A DNA stretch of 64,000 nucleotides, from positions 29,636,001 to 29,700,000 of the forward strand of contig CM022665.1 in assembly GCA_012295275.1 (NCBI GenBank), given 5' to 3'. The notes below the pieces were generated by a model. The model was not told the DNA's origin. It saw only the letters and a program-made list of their open reading frames with translations, and made no database searches. The stretch comes from Chrysomallon squamiferum (Eukaryota; Animalia; Mollusca). Shown in pieces: positions 38,948 to 54,858 of the stretch. The position numbers and the translations under genes were made by a program. How positions within the stretch are numbered: the first letter of the stretch is position 1; each line of letters starts with the position of its first letter.

Positions 38948-40387
38948 AGTCTCAGTTTCTGCTCTAGTGCTAGCACTTTGAATTTTTTCAGAAGTGTTTC
39001 AGGAAAGATTATAAACGTTCACGTATATAAAAAAACATCAGTGTTCGACACATGTTCTGTGTATTTTGCAGAGAAAAACCAAAAGTCTGGAAAGGCAGGT
39101 TTTTGGCTTTAGTTCACGCATTTATTGATATTATAAATAACCACTGTGTATAAATGTACAGGAAGAGGTGAAAACAAAAAAGAAGAGAACTATTCCAACA
39201 CACCCCTTAATAATGAGCTTGTCAAAAAAAAAAATATCTTGAGATTAAAAACAACTTGAAACCAACGTCTGTTTTCTTAATAAGATTTAAAGAGTAGATG
39301 ATTTTCCTTACCGTACTCTATCTAATTTCATTAAGCACGTCTGTTTTTATTCCAGTTTCGAATGGTTAATACACGGTATGATAACAGATTCGGTTGTGGC
39401 TTTTGCAAAATAAAATGAACAATATAATGACAAGCTTGTTACAAAAACCTGTTTAACCGTGGATCTTAAAATAAAAAATAAAAAATTATCTTAAATCAAT
39501 GTTTTGTCATCTTACCCTACATTACATACAGAAATATGATATCGAGTAATATGAGCCGGTCTGTGGCAGTTATAAATTACCTAGTGTGCAGTCAATAAGA
39601 TGTATTGCAAATAACATATTTGTTTTTAAATATTGTGAAATAACTACTATCATAACGATTGTATATTGAGAAAAGGTGCTATATTTGTCGCTTCTGATTG
39701 CTTCTAAATTCTGTTTTCATTTTATTTTTGTATATCTGATAATCATCCGAAAAAGAAATTTATTGTCATTAACTTAATTACAAACCCTTTAAAGGCATCC
39801 AAAAAAAAAAAAAGCCAAGTAAACGTAATATTTGTGTTTTATGTGTAGATTTTTATTGCACGTTAGTTTGCGCCTTTCTCTGAGACTTGACAAATATAAA
39901 CTGAAAATAAACAGCAAACAAGATAACAAATCTGTTGGTCGTGAATAATGTCCGGATACCTGAGTTCAGTAAGCACTACTTGACAATTGAATGCTTTATG
40001 TATGTCACTCGAGTTCAGATTTTACGTTTATATATCGTCTTGTGTAAACATTATAATGTCACTGATGAGTGCAATCAATGACTCTTTACCTGTCATATAG
40101 GAATAAATCTCTAACATAAAATGTTTAAATATTTTTGGTGACTTAGGTGATAAACCATAAAATCAAGCAAGATCTTGCACAAAACAGTTTGTTAGATTTT
40201 ACTGTTGAATCAGGATTTGATTCTTGAATTTTTAAAAATAATTTCAAAATGATGTAAGTATGCTGCTTTCTTAAAAGTTAATATTCACATTATACTGTGT
40301 TTACATACACGCTTCAGTTAGTCATCGAGATCTCTCTCTCTCTGTATACCTGTTACCTGTTTATCAACAGTGTAGGTATGTATATTT

Positions 40388-40552
<165 letters not shown>

Positions 40553-42286
40553 TTATATCGACATGCAGTACTTTAAAAAAATATATGTAGCAACCGAAAG
40601 AACCAATATTATAATAATTACATGACAAATAAACAAACATGCTAATAAGAGAACAAAGAAATGTTCGCTTTTCCCATCAGAAAACAGACTAAATTATTTC
40701 TTTTATGTTGGAAATTTTCAGTAATCTCCCTCAGCAGATCAAATAGTTATACGAATTCTAGGTATTGATCTATTATATTAATAACTTTATTCACTCAGTT
40801 TATCTGAGTTAAACTTAGATATTGTAAGACATAGAATTTGACATCAGCATATAAAAACAGAAATGATGAAGTGGACATTAACATTTACATACAGCTGACA
40901 TAACAGACATCAAAACATACACACCAAATTGACGTAATGGACATCAAAACATATTCGCAAAGGTGGCATCATGGGCAGTAACATACAGATGACACGAGGG
41001 ACGTTAATTCACAGATGACATAGACAGTAACATACATACACAGAGATTAACATCATGAACATTAATATCAATAGATAAAACATTATGCACATTAACACAC
41101 ACAAATGCAGATAATGGCCAATAATGGACAATAATCATATCATATACATTTTTTTTTTGTGGGGGGGAGACAATATTTGGTTACCAATTAGTGATTCAGT
41201 TGAAAATAAAAATAAATTATTAAATTTTTTTTTTTTTTTTTAGAAATAAACAAAAATAAAAAATAATAAATAAAAGTAGAACGAATATTTTTATTTTAAT
41301 GTTCTCTTATGTAATTTCAATTTTTTAAAAATATAATCAGTTATAAAGCATTTTCAGATATGTTTTGTGATTTCCTATAAATCTTACAATGGATTTTTTC
41401 TAAGGATATTTACAGATTAAATGGCGGTTTCAATAAAATGTAAATACATATATGTAGCACGTATAATGTTAACATGTACTAAATATTCATTGATGAAGAA
41501 CAGCATTATCATGTAAGCATAGCTAGTAAATTTAAATACAGTAATTCAGATATTACAAATCCAAAATCATCTGTACGTATTTTCGTCATTCTGAACTCAA
41601 TAAAAGCGATTTCAGTTCTTGAGGACTGGCTGAAATTTCCTGTCTACAGTCTGACTCATCTGTATATGATAACTATACACTGTAATACACACTGTCAAAC
41701 AATTTTTGAAATAATTGTATTTTGGAATTCGGGTATCGCAAAAACAAAAGGACCCATGCAAACTATGACCATCCTGAACTCTTTGTTATTTTGTTAATAC
41801 TAGGGACCTGGTTGATTATTTCCAAATTACACCTGTACCCATCTGTTACAAATGACACTAATTCTGATGTTCTGATAGTGTGAAATTATCCAAATAGCAG
41901 AATTAAATATATAAATAATTACTCCCTCCAGATGTCAGGAAGCAGCATTTTAGGGAAGATAGTGGGAAATGTTCAATATGAGACAGAAAAACGTCTAGAC
42001 ATCATTTAGAAACAATTATTAATCTAAAAAAACAACAATTATATAGCAGTTTGATTGCAGAAGCCTTGAAAACAGAAAATGAAAAACATGTTTTTTCTTT
42101 GAGCGGTGGTTATAAAATCCTATGGTTAAGTCTGTTGTTAGTGTTTGCTTTTATGGTCGTGTGCAGTCTACTACTAGTTTAATGTTGTAGTCCTCGAAAA
42201 AAAAAAAAAAAAAAAAAAAGATTTTCTTTAATGAAGACATAGACTTTATTCAGAACAATGTATGTTGTGGTTTGAGAGAGAGAGAG

Positions 42287-42345
<59 letters not shown>

Positions 42346-43367
42346 TGATTTTTAAAAAATCTAGTATACTTTATCTGATAATAATTTGATTATAATAATC
42401 CGTAAACACCAACCTCTACAAAAATAAAATCTGATGATTAATCTCTTTACTAATGTTTGGTACAGTACAAAGAAGTATTCTTGAAATTTTTATATATTGT
42501 TTTCATATTAAATACTAGCAAGACTATTAACAGGATTGTCCTGTTTCCGTTCTTTCGATTAATTGTCCAACATTATCAGCTCAGTACTTGACGATCGTTG
42601 TTGACTAAATGTGGAATAGAATGTCTAAAAATAGACTATCAGACAACGTATTTCATATCCTGTGCCAAAGCAGGTTCTAAATTAGCGCAGTTTTGTAAAC
42701 TTTGCTAATAACTTCATCATAAATAAACCCCAACATATAATGCTATTTTGGTGGTTAAAATATATACAAGACTATCTATGGGATGAAATAAAATAAATAC
42801 TGAATGAACAATAAAGAAAATTGGAAAGATACGTTATAATACTTTTCCAGTGTATTTCGTTTATCGATCATGGATGAAGACATTCAAATAAATGTGGTCA
42901 GAACTGAATAATAATGCAATAAATATTAAATATAGACTTCTAATCATCCTAATTATATATCGGGAATTTGATATTTATTTTTGCACACACATCGGACAAC
43001 TAGTTCATCAAAAAGCTGTGAAATGGAAAGGTAGATGTCAAAGATATATGGTATTATGCATTTAGGATATATATATATCTGGGAGCAGGTGTACGTATTT
43101 GTTTTAAAATACTGTATTTTATGCCAAATTTATATCATCAAAGCTATGTCTCAGAAAATTAATACATCTTCTTCAACCGCTGTTTTTAATTTATTTCGTT
43201 AATGTTTATGAAAATATATTTTCAGTCTATTCATCAAAGATTTGTTAAAGTTCAGTGGTTAATTCAGAAATAGATAATCATGTCTTTATTTTAACAATAA
43301 CCGTTTCCACGGTTGCAGAGAAAATGTAATGAATGCTTTGCACGAAAATATCAGCATATCATATATG

Positions 43368-43412
<45 letters not shown>

Positions 43413-46400
43413 TCTGAAAGATTCCTTATAAAATATTTTAAAAAGTAAACCGGCTTTTTAAATCCTGCGTTTAATTACCTGTTGTAATTGGTGATATGTA
43501 CTCATACAAAATGTAGAGTTCAGATAGATAAATGAATTAAAGGTAAGTAATTATTTAAGGACATCTGAAAACGATTTATATTAATGGTTATTTAGAATAC
43601 CAAGCTATGTTTTAAGTAATAATTAAATATTTACCAGATGACATTTTATTCATATTTACAAATAGAAATATCTGAAAGAATGCACTGTGTATAAAAATGT
43701 ACCCTAGAAAATAATATAGTTTAAAAATGTTTATATATACAATGTAAGTATTTTCTAATAAAAACACACATACTAAAGACTCTTTTAATTTTTCTTGTGT
43801 ATGTCCGAATAAATGAATAAAATTTTCAACAAATGCAGATAATAATATGCAGCTTTGAAATTAGAGCACTTTTTATGGTTTCTTCACCTTGAAAACTTTT
43901 CATTATTTCATATCTTTCTGACCATTTTTATCAAATCTGGGCAACAACAAAATCAGATATAGCATGAGTGACAATAAGATCTGATATATAGAGTTATTTT
44001 GTTATTTACATTATAAGAACTGTTCTCTGCTTATTCAAACATCTTTTTTTTTTTTCTTCTCTTGTTCGGACTTGTGTTTATTAAAAATTCGTGGAGATTA
44101 TGATACAACGAAACAAAAATAAATCATCAACCTTGTTTTCATCGAGTGTAACAACTAGATATTTATATCACAGCGAAATGATGGATATTAAGTTTCCTGC
44201 CAATTAATTGCATAAAATCTGAAAATAAACCGGCACAAGACAGCACCGGTGAGAGTATAAAAATATTAATATTACATCACTGCAAAATTTGCGGGGCTGA
44301 TTTCATCTGGCCAGGAGAGTTGTGAAACCCAAAATTACCTCACTAATTAAATTATCCACTAATCGAGCGTCTGTCTAGGACAATTAACCATTGCTCGCTT
44401 GCGTGTCAGGAAGGTATAACGAAGAAGTGCCTTTTTTTCTATATTATGCTTCTTCTTAATTTCATTATAATTTGCGCAACTGACGATACAAACGAATATA
44501 AAAATTAATAAACTCTTCACTTCCTTAATATTATCGTGTTGAGAAATTTGCTATCTTCTCATTTTCGTTATTACACACATTTATATGTACAAGAGAGCTA
44601 TACTGTGTATTTAGGCATTTTCCTTCTTTCACTCTTTTCTTCAACTATCTGAAACATTTTAGACCCATGGAGACTTAAAGAGTAGAGCAGCAATTGTTCG
44701 AGATGCTGGGATCCATGTCGAAGCGTACGTCGAAAAAGAAGAAGCCTGCCTCAGTTTCATTTCAAATCCTTATCCCTGCTTATACATATAATACGTGTGT
44801 GTACACACATATACATACACCAGGGAGAGAGAGAAAACGAAAAAGAAATACAGACATATACACACTAAAACATAAACATTTTGAAGATAAACATTTTGAA
44901 CTGAAACAAAACAGCTTGGTTAAGTCCAAACAACTATACATCGAATACCAATTTCACGGTTTATGGAATTACACTGACAATGTAAATACATTAACCTGTA
45001 CTTAATGTATTTGCTTTTAACCAAACGAAATCCCTCTCATCTCTAAACGTTTCGACAGCATACTCATTACTACCGTATTTTCCCTAACTAAAAATACATA
45101 TTCAAAAATGAAAAAAAGAAGAATAGAAAAGAGGTAAATTACTGTAATGATTAGATAAAAATACTATATAGGCTAATGTGACTAAATTTATTTTCCTAAT
45201 CTGAAAATATATATTTAAAAAATAAAGGATAGGAAGAGAAAGGATGGTAAAAATTAGTTAGCAGTAGTACAGTGTTGACTAATGCAAAAGAATTAATTTT
45301 CTGAATCTGAAAAAACATTTAAAAAAAAATAAGAGAGAGTTAAATTACTATAACAGCTAGACAGAAGGACCATGTATTGTGAATAATTGAATTTTTTTAT
45401 GCCGCAGAATACATATTTAAAAAGAAAAAAAAAAAAAAAAAAAAAAAAACGAGAAAGACAGGAATAAAAAGAGATAGGTGAATTACAGTCAGGACTAAGA
45501 AGCAGTACTGTGTAATGTAAATTATTTCACATTAATGCAAGGACGTGATTGATGTAAACACAGGGAAACACTAAACACACACTGCACGTGATGAGTTTTC
45601 AAGAGGTGTTTGTCTTGTTCAACACACGACCAAGAACAGATAGAGACGAGACTGTCTGAGTGCTGAAAGCGATCAATGTCATAATCTTTGTAAATCATTG
45701 TTAGCTCACATCGACCATATATACTGTAACAATTCCTTGATGGGATAATTGTTGTATCTCATACTAAGTGAAATTTGTTATCCACTCTCTCACCATTCAG
45801 GGAAGTAGAAAGCAAATAGCGAACACCGCCATTAAAATTAATCCTGTTTGTTACATTAATGACGAACAGAAAAATCGACCATCTTCTCTTTCACTTCCAT
45901 CCGTCAGTTTGTTATTCTTTGTTTGAAAAATAAGAATAAAAAAATCACTTATTCCGTACGTATATTTGTCAGTTTTTGTTTTCGTTTCCGGCAATAGCTT
46001 TTAATTTTTTTCCTTTTCCATTATTTTGTATGACTGAATAAACTTTACATACTTCATTTAGTTCTTTCATATTTCTTTTATGTTTTCGTACTTGAGTTCA
46101 AGTAAGCTTGAAAACTTAATAAAATACCCAGAAAAAATAAATTCACATGCTGTTATGTTAGATCATAAGGCATACATTCTAGTGTCTATTTATAACAACA
46201 TTTAAAAAGATATGTTAGTGAGGAAAAAAATATGAATTTAAATCAACACCTATAAGAAATATTACGTTTTCTTGTAGATCTATAAATCTCATTCTCAGTG
46301 ACATCATAAGCTATTTAATTTAGGACAGGGGACTGAACATATATTAATTTTGTATGGGGACATTTTCACTAAATTTCTGTCAATAACAAACTAAGGGTAC

Positions 46401-46471
46401 AGGTTTCAAGCTAGCGTTTAAAGTTGGAAACGTGTATTTTGCATATCTGGTTTTAACGTATTATAAATCGT

Positions 46472-47005
46472 GTACTGTCTGGATCGAAATCTCACATTTT
46501 TTCATCTTTATTGGTAGGATAGTAAAGCAAAACTCCATTTCTTATCAAGTCAAATATTTTTTTTTGTAAAATCCAGACTGACTATGGAGTTCTGTGCCCA
46601 AACTTTAAAACTTGATGATGGAATTCCAATGTCGTCTCGTATCCAGACACATCTGGAACAAGGACAAAATCTGAACGTAGACTCTTAAAGTCTAATCCAT
46701 TAACATCAAGCATTATCTGAGCACAAAAGCACAGCTTCTGGATTTACGTGTTAGACTTGTAGTGATATATTACTTGGTTGTAAACTTGGAAATACGTTGA
46801 GCTGTGCAAACTGGTCCCTTTGACATGGCGACATGCTCGTCAAATTATCTCCATCTCACAGCTATTTCTTAAGTCGGCTTTATTTGTTATTTATTTCGGA
46901 TGGATGAAGTTTAATTAAAGTGGCGTACTGTCTGGATCGAAACTCCGCATTCTTCATCTTTGTTTATTGGCAGAATAGTAAAGCAAGACGGCATTTCTTA
47001 TCAAG
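46472..47005 (+). repeat. Pair of ~80-bp diverged direct repeats
   Basis: gtactgtctggatcgaaa…ttcatcttt…ttattgg…atagtaaagcaa…catttcttatcaag at 46472-46549 and 46925-47005. Confidence 0.8.
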
Positions 47006-47303
47006 CCTATATAAAACAAGCATTAATTGTCGAAACAGCGTGCGTGTATGTATATTTAGAATGTTTGACTTAAACAAGATAACCACCGATTTAAATTGAA
47101 ACAGCAGGAAAATATAAGATATCACCAAGCTGTTTGGTCTTCAACGGAAAGACCACCAACAAGATAGACAAAACACAGAAATACGAATTAAAAGGTAAAT
47201 CAGAATGAAAAGCCAGGAAGAAAATGATCCTAGTAGGATACAAAACACTGATGTACAAAAATAACATTGAAAACAGTAGTAGTCGTATACACACAAAGAC
47301 ACA

Positions 47304-47582
47304 CTAAACATCAGAATGACACAAACACACAGACACACTAAATATCAGAGTGACATATCCATACAAGGACACACTAAACATAAGAATGACATATACACAC
47401 AAGTAAACTCTAAACATCAGAACGACATATACACACAAGTAAACTCTAAACATCAGAACGACATATACACACAAGTAAACTCTAAACATCAGAACGACAT
47501 ATACACACAAGTAAACTCTAAACATCAGAACGACATATACACACAAGTAAACTCTAAACATCAGAACGACATATACACACAA
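47304..47582 (+). repeat. Minisatellite, 36-bp unit (acatatacacacaagtaaactctaaacatcagaacg)
   Basis: About 5 identical copies plus 2-3 degenerate copies on the left. Confidence 0.95.
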
Positions 47583-48090
47583 ATACACAATACAGATACC
47601 ACGCTGAACATTTAAATATCACTAAAACACTCAGAATTCTTGAGTATACCAAAATGGCTGTAATCATAGGTTTCTGAAAACGTTGTCATTACTTTGTTAT
47701 TCTTTAAGCCATAGTAACTAAATCGAATTGGTGAGAATCGCTTTCTTATTAAGGAAACGAGACCGGGTCGAAGAGGTATGCAATATAACGATACCATCAT
47801 TTTAGCGTCATCTTTTTGTACTAGTAACCGTGACGCACACTTGAAAATACACAGTAAACTTTTTCAACCAGTTAACATTTAAGAAGTAATTTTGAAAACA
47901 CAATCATTTGACATATGATAATTCCTGAGGCCGGATGATGAGTGGCAGAAGACGTATTATTAGACGTAATCCTGGTAACGGAAGACGCCCACTTTCCTGA
48001 GATTTCTAATTGTAGTAAAATTTACTTTGATAAAAAATCAAAATGATATTGAATATGTGACACCACTGAGAGGTGGAATTTGGGTTTGTA

Positions 48091-48122
<32 letters not shown>

Positions 48123-48541
48123 TGTGTGTGTGTGTGTGTGTGTGTGTCTGTCTGCGCACTCTTTCCTCTTATTTCAGTATTTTAGATATTTGAAATCGCC
48201 TTTTAAACGAAACAAAATATTTATCCACTGATGCAGTCTTGCAATATAAATAGTATAAATAATATTCATACTGTATGTGAATCAATATATCAGATGTAAT
48301 TAAGATTAATTAAGATGTATCATCTTTCTTAAACTTAATTTAACTGTGGGCAGAAGCACTATTTTAAAGTCTCTCAGGAAAACTTATTGATTGTTACACT
48401 AGATAAGGTTACATCTGAACTTTCAGAAAACCGCAGGAAAACAGAGTATCAATTATTATTATTATTATATTAATATTATTATTGTTGATGTTGTTATTAT
48501 TATTAATATTATGAGTAGTAGTAGTTGTAGCAGTAGTAGTG

Positions 48542-48592
<51 letters not shown>

Positions 48593-48599
48593 ATAGTAA

Positions 48600-48637
<38 letters not shown>

Positions 48638-49366
48638 ATAGTAATAGTTATAAAAGTAATATGAAATCAGTAGAGCAGTTACAGCTACAGAAACTGTAAT
48701 AATTTAATTGGAAGTATACCATTAGTCGCAGTTATAACGGTAACATTAGTAATAAAAGTAATAGTAGCAGTAGCAAGCCTTCTAGTAGCAACGATAAAAA
48801 GGTAAATGCAACATTTTTTGAAGTAAAGGTGCAGACTTAGTAGTACATGTAATTATAAATGAAACATAAAGCTTTTTTAAGCTTATTTGTCATAATATTA
48901 AAAACATCATTGGAGCAGTAGTAGTAGTTAGCAGCAGTAGAAGCGGATGTAACAGTATCATCAGTTGTAGAGTTGTTGTTATTGTAATTACTGCAATATT
49001 TGTATGTTTATCCTTTTAATTCAGTTGAAATAATACTAGCTCATCAATACATGTCGTCGCCTTGTTTCATTAAGAAAACGAAGGAAAGAAAAGTGTTGTA
49101 TCTTACTGGAATTATTCGGAACAGATATCCCGCAAAGACAAATGATTCGGTATCTTAGTGAAAGCGACTCAGCTAAGATACCAAGAATGTTAATAGCTGA
49201 CGATTTAATGAGAGAGAATGATGGTTTTATGTGACATTTTCTTCCTTCTAGCTTCAAACCGTCAAAGCAATTATCAGCTGAAAATCAACTGGAGTCCGAT
49301 TGCACGATTTTAGCGTAAACAGGAAAGTGAAGGATTTCTTTAAAAAAATACATAAACTTTAAATTA

Positions 49367-49418
<52 letters not shown>

Positions 49419-49635
49419 TATGAAAGGGAAAAACTAAAATCAAAAGAGCTTAAGATACAGAAAAGGGTTTACTCGTTTAGAAAAATGGCATTTTAATATA
49501 AAATTTGATCACACTGAATAACTTAATTTCATCACAACTGGACATCACACTTTTATAGCAGAGAACCATTTACCTTGACCGTAGAAAATTCGCTATGTGA
49601 TAAATATGAAAAAGTGAAAAACTAAAATTTAAAAA

Positions 49636-49868
49636 CAGAATGTGACATTTAAATTGGCCTTGTCTATTGGAACGGTGAAAATGGAAACTGAAAAAAAAAA
49701 CAAGAAAAATTGAAAAAAATAAAAAGCAACAGAATATGAAATTTTAATTGACTTTGGCTACGAGAATGCTGAAATTCGAAACTTAAAAAAAAAAAAAAAA
49801 AAAAAAAAACCCCAGAATATAACATTTAAATTGGCCTTGACTATGGGAACGGTGAAAATCGAAACTGA
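49636..49868 (+). repeat. Three degenerate ~90-bp tandem units separated by poly-A
   Basis: cagaat…acatttaaattggccttg…ctat…ggaacggtgaaaat…gaaactg repeated, with the middle copy more diverged. Confidence 0.8.
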
Positions 49869-51124
49869 AAAAAAAAAAACACAAAAAAAACCACAAAAAA
49901 AAAAAAAAAAACGAAAAACAGGGCTAAAATTCTACAACAACAGGATGTCATAAACAATGGCAAAAATAACATCCTATCATTTTTCAAAACGAGACAGACA
50001 GATAGTTTTCATTAAATAGGGAAGCTCTGTACATATTTGTTAGACTGGTCGATGATTTATTGGAAAATACGGTGCAGCTACGGGATCACTGAACGGGTAA
50101 TTAACTGTATCCAGCTGATTGTGAGGAGGTCAGAGTTTCAGAACGATGAGAACTAAGAAATCCATCTTAGTGGACACCTAGGTTAAAAGGACAGTTTATT
50201 TTTTAGTTTTATTATTTTATTTTTTTTCGTCTTATCGATGCAAGAACTGATTTGTACACTAATATTATCGTAATTTTTTTTAAGAAAAATAAGAAAAGGA
50301 AAAACTAAATTGTCATTCTTCTTCTTTTCCCTTTAAGAAAAGCAAAAAAACTGTGGTGTTAGTCAATAAAAAATTAATTATTGTGTATTCTGTTGGAGAA
50401 AATATATTGAAACTTCATTCTGATATATTAAATAATCTGCAGTGATATTCAGTTTAGTTTCGTACTTCTATTAATTTGGGATAGAGTCAATGAGTTCATA
50501 ATAATTGAAAATTAATGTTCACTATAATAGAAAGGAATGACTGTATAAGTAATTATTACTGACTATGAAAATAAATAAATAAATAAATAAATAGAGAAGC
50601 TGGAAAAGGCGTACTCCAATGGACATCCCACTCAGATCTTCTACAACGTGTTAAAGTTATTGAAGTGTTTCGAAAGTAACTGACACAAAATGGAATCTTC
50701 AAGAAACCGAGACCGGAGACAATTGTACATATTCTAAAATACTTCAGTGATCCAGTTTTGGTAATTCAAACTCAATATTAACCTTATTAACTTTTTGTTC
50801 TAATTCTGGAAGAGCTCAATTAAAGCGTTAACTGCAATAAGCAGTTTTGTCTGTCCCACTAAATGAAGGCCGCCAGCCACCAGTTTAATCTGTGTGGGCT
50901 GACTGAATGGCGCAGAGCGAGAAGTCTCTGATGTTTGTCTTGCTTCGTCACATCTTGTCTGAGAGAAAACAAAAGAAGGCCACCACGAACAACAGCCATA
51001 ACAGTAGCAACAAGAGTAATCATTAAATTAAATTTTCAATATCATAAAACGCAGCGTTTAAAAGGAAAATGGCTGTAGATAAATTACAGCGCGATCGTAT
51101 AAGGAGAAAAGAGTCTGAACATTT

Positions 51125-51300
51125 ATGGGTCAATTCATATTCTAGCCAGCGACTGATGTGTATCAAAGACAGCTTTCCTGCACACGGGATGATGGTTGTA
51201 AAAATGCTTTGTTGGTAATCGGAAGAGTAGCATACAAAATTGTAGCAGCATTTTTCATCACACCATTACAGAAATATATATTTAATATCTAATAACCGTC
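51125..51300 (+). mobile_element. Degenerate tRNA-derived SINE remnant (Meta-domain-like), forward copy
   Basis: ttctagccagc…gactg…caaag…gggatgatgg…taaaaatgctttgttggtaatcggaagagtagc resembles the reverse complement of 57690-57830 and a gastropod SINE core recalled from memory. Confidence 0.5.
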
Positions 51301-54300
51301 AGTTACAAAACTGGTGAAGTGTCATTAGATCAACTTTTAATCATTGATTTGTATTGCGTAAATACAAAATTAAGCTTGTAAAAATCGGGTAAAAAGGACG
51401 AAATTAGTCTTTCTTTGTAAAAACAGATAACTTACAAATTCACACTCTAGGAAGCTCTAAGGACTGAAATTCTGCACATTGAAAACTTTACATTCGGAAG
51501 ACCTCTAGCCAAAGAATTTTTGCTATTAAACTCTTGTGCATTATTACTCAGATTTCAAGGACATTGATTTTTATTTATGAGAACCATAACAAAGCATCCA
51601 GGATTAATTTACCTTTCATGTACGTGAGCTATCTTCGCAATAAAACACTCCTGTCAGTTCAGAGAAATAACATTATAACCACATGTTTTGGTCTTCTCAT
51701 TTTTTTCTCATGGAACGAAATTGGATTCCCGAGACCTCGGAAAGCTCATAGACAAGTCATTTCAGATCTGAATTTGACCCGTGAGGCTGAAAACAGTCTA
51801 AGTGGTCTAGCGAGTAAGACAAACACCACACTCTGGTCGTAGTTCTTTTTTGCCCCTGCCTTTTTTGTTAATGGTTAACGATTACTTGGCGCTCGCCTGA
51901 TTTTGAAAAAAAACAACGTAATTCCAGTCGATGAATGATGAGGGAATGAGATGAATTTTTACGTGCGGTTGTCCAATAAAGAATCTAAAACCGGTAATAT
52001 TACGTGTAGGACCGGAGTTGGCTTTATGCACAACACAATAAAATACACTGGAAATAATAATTACAGTTTTATATATTTTATACACCATGAGCAGCACAGC
52101 TACAAGAAAATTATTCAACGATTTTTCTACATTTTAAAACTGAATCTAAAGTTATATATATCTGATCAGAAATGCGTTCATTGCAATACAAGGAATATTT
52201 AAATTAATAATAATTAAAAGGAAACTGAAATATAATAAACAACATGCATTTATTCTATACCATAATAAAATAATATAAAAAACGAAGACAGAATGCACAG
52301 ACAGAAGGAGATAGGAGAGCGTAATCTAATTGTATTAAATTAGACTTAACATCAATATTTTATTCACGTGACAAAGGTCACAGTTTAGATTAAAGACGCT
52401 AGAATCTATCTTCCTGTCTCAGGAGTGTTCAAGTTTATTGAAATAAATTCAATTTGTAAGAACAAAACTAGACTTAATGGCGCAAATAACCATTAATTAA
52501 AAAGAAGAAAAAAAATGTTCAGTAAGTAACTGAATGAAACAAGCGTACCATTATAATAAATAAATTCATCACAAATGAAATGTCAGAAGTATTCATTGTG
52601 ACATTAGAGTATAATACTGAAATAATTTGACAGTGAACTTATTTCGCAGGAAGAAGTAAATATTTTTATAAGAACGGGAAAAGAGGGATTTATGTATATA
52701 TGTATGTATTTATGTATGCGTATATGTATGTCTGTGTCTGTGTGTATATGTGTATATATGTATTTGTATTTATATATATGGGTGCGTGTCTATGTGAATG
52801 TGTGTGTATATGTGTGTGTGTGTTTGTGTGTGTGTGTGCATACAGTTATATGCATGTGTGTGTGCGTGTGTGTGTGCATACAGTTATATGCATGTGTGTG
52901 TGTGTGTGTGTGTGAAAAAGGAGAATTTATATATGTGTTTATTTAGTAGTCTTTCTTAGCATGCCCACCAAATATTTTTTTCTCCAAATTTAAAAACCAA
53001 CCATTAGTCTCTCTATTGTCCCATTAATCAAAATTCCAATTCGTTTTCCCGTTGTTTAATCGTGAATGAAATTTATTTTTTATGTAAGAAAGTAAAGGAA
53101 GATTGAAAACTTTTACGGAGATCACGTACGTATTTGGTTTCTTTCTGGCTTGACAGATGACTCTCAGTTGTCTAGAAACATAATTAATCATGACTTTAAA
53201 TGTTCGCATTTCTTGGTTCAGAAAGATCAGTGTTTTTCCCACTGTCACTGAATAAAACAACATTTGTTAACATTTACTGTATGTATTGTGCTCACATATT
53301 TTAATACATATAATAATATTACGTTTACACTCACAAAGAAATTTTCAAAATTTTTTAGCATCATAATTATATGTGTTAACCGCAAAATACACATACATAC
53401 ATACATATATACACACAGACATATTTTTATTTATTTATTTATATGAACATGTCCCTTTTTTATGAAGACTATTTCGACAGCTGGAAATGTATTCGTTTGC
53501 TAAAGTAAATCGCGTCGAAAACCTACAGAAATGCAGAAGCCAGTTCAAAACTCGTGTACTGGAGTCTGTATTGGCTATAGGTAGAGGGATTTACTGAAAA
53601 TGGAAGTCAGAATTAGAAATACTAAACCTATACTTCTTATGCTCCATCAGCGCAAATGAGATTGATAAAGATTAAATACCCACGCTGTCGTGTTTAGACT
53701 CGTTTTTTTTTTTTTTTTTTTTTTTTGGGGGGGGGTTCTTTTGTCTAAAATTTTTAGAAACAAAATTCTTAACTAAACTGAAATGAAAATGATATATTAA
53801 AGCAGTTAACTCAGATCTAGCTTTCGATTAATTTAGTATTTATCTCATATCAAAACTATTTCCTTTTCAATATCCGTTATTTGACAGACAGGCGGATAGT
53901 GAACACTTACTAAACGCGACGTCGGCCAGCACAACATGTCAAAGACAAAATCAGCTTTACGTTATGCCTGCCACATGACAGAAAAATTTGCTTTATACAG
54001 TCTGATGGCTTGTTTCTGTATGACGCGCCTAAATGACAATATGAAGTCCAAGTGCCCATGACAGCCGATTTATACGAATCCTGCAAAAGAATTGGCAATG
54101 ATAATGGTTTCCTCAAACATCCCGAGGGCTGCATTAGAAGGGTTCTGGTCTTTAAATTTGTATAATGATTGTGGTCGCCGTGACGTGCTGCAGATCTTGA
54201 GTTCGTTTCTTCTTTCTTCCTTCAGCGGAATTTTTTTACATTGAGGAGTTTTTAATCTCTCTCTGACACATTTATAGCTGTAGAAAGATAAAAATGATTC

Positions 54301-54826
54301 TTTAAAGCAATGATCGTGCATTACTACTTCATGTCACAACTATATTCGTCTTCCTTTTTCTTCTTTTCTTTTTTTTTTCTCCCTTAATCATGTTGTTTTT
54401 ATTTATTTAATTATCTGGGATTACAAGAAGCTCCAGTGATATTTACAACCGAAACTTTCCTAAGTTAAGATATAAAAAAAAAAAAAAAAAAAAAAAAATT
54501 GTGATTAATTTTCGAAAACTGCCTCATTATTTGCTGTTCTGGAAAAAGTTTCAAAACATAAATGATCATTTACAGAAGACAATTTATGATTTCTATTATC
54601 TTTAATTTTACACTTTGGTAAATTTATAAGCCTAATCGTGGAGACTTTAGAATGCAGTACTTTGTAGTTTCGTTTCATAGAAAAGATTAACTAAAACCTG
54701 TTATTACTGGAGTGGAAAAGTATTTCTAGGATGTATGTTTTTAATATGCTTAGATTTGACTGAGCACTCGTGTTTAGTTTGATTCTGAAATATCCCAGTT
54801 AAATTTGTATATAATCAGAGAACATC

Positions 54827-54858
<32 letters not shown>

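Noticed and set aside
47304-47615. 36-bp repeats as a CRISPR array, or the repetitive ORFs on both strands as proteins
   Set aside because: Units are head-to-tail with no unique spacers, there are no cas genes and the context is eukaryotic. The ORFs arise from a stop-free unit length divisible by 3.
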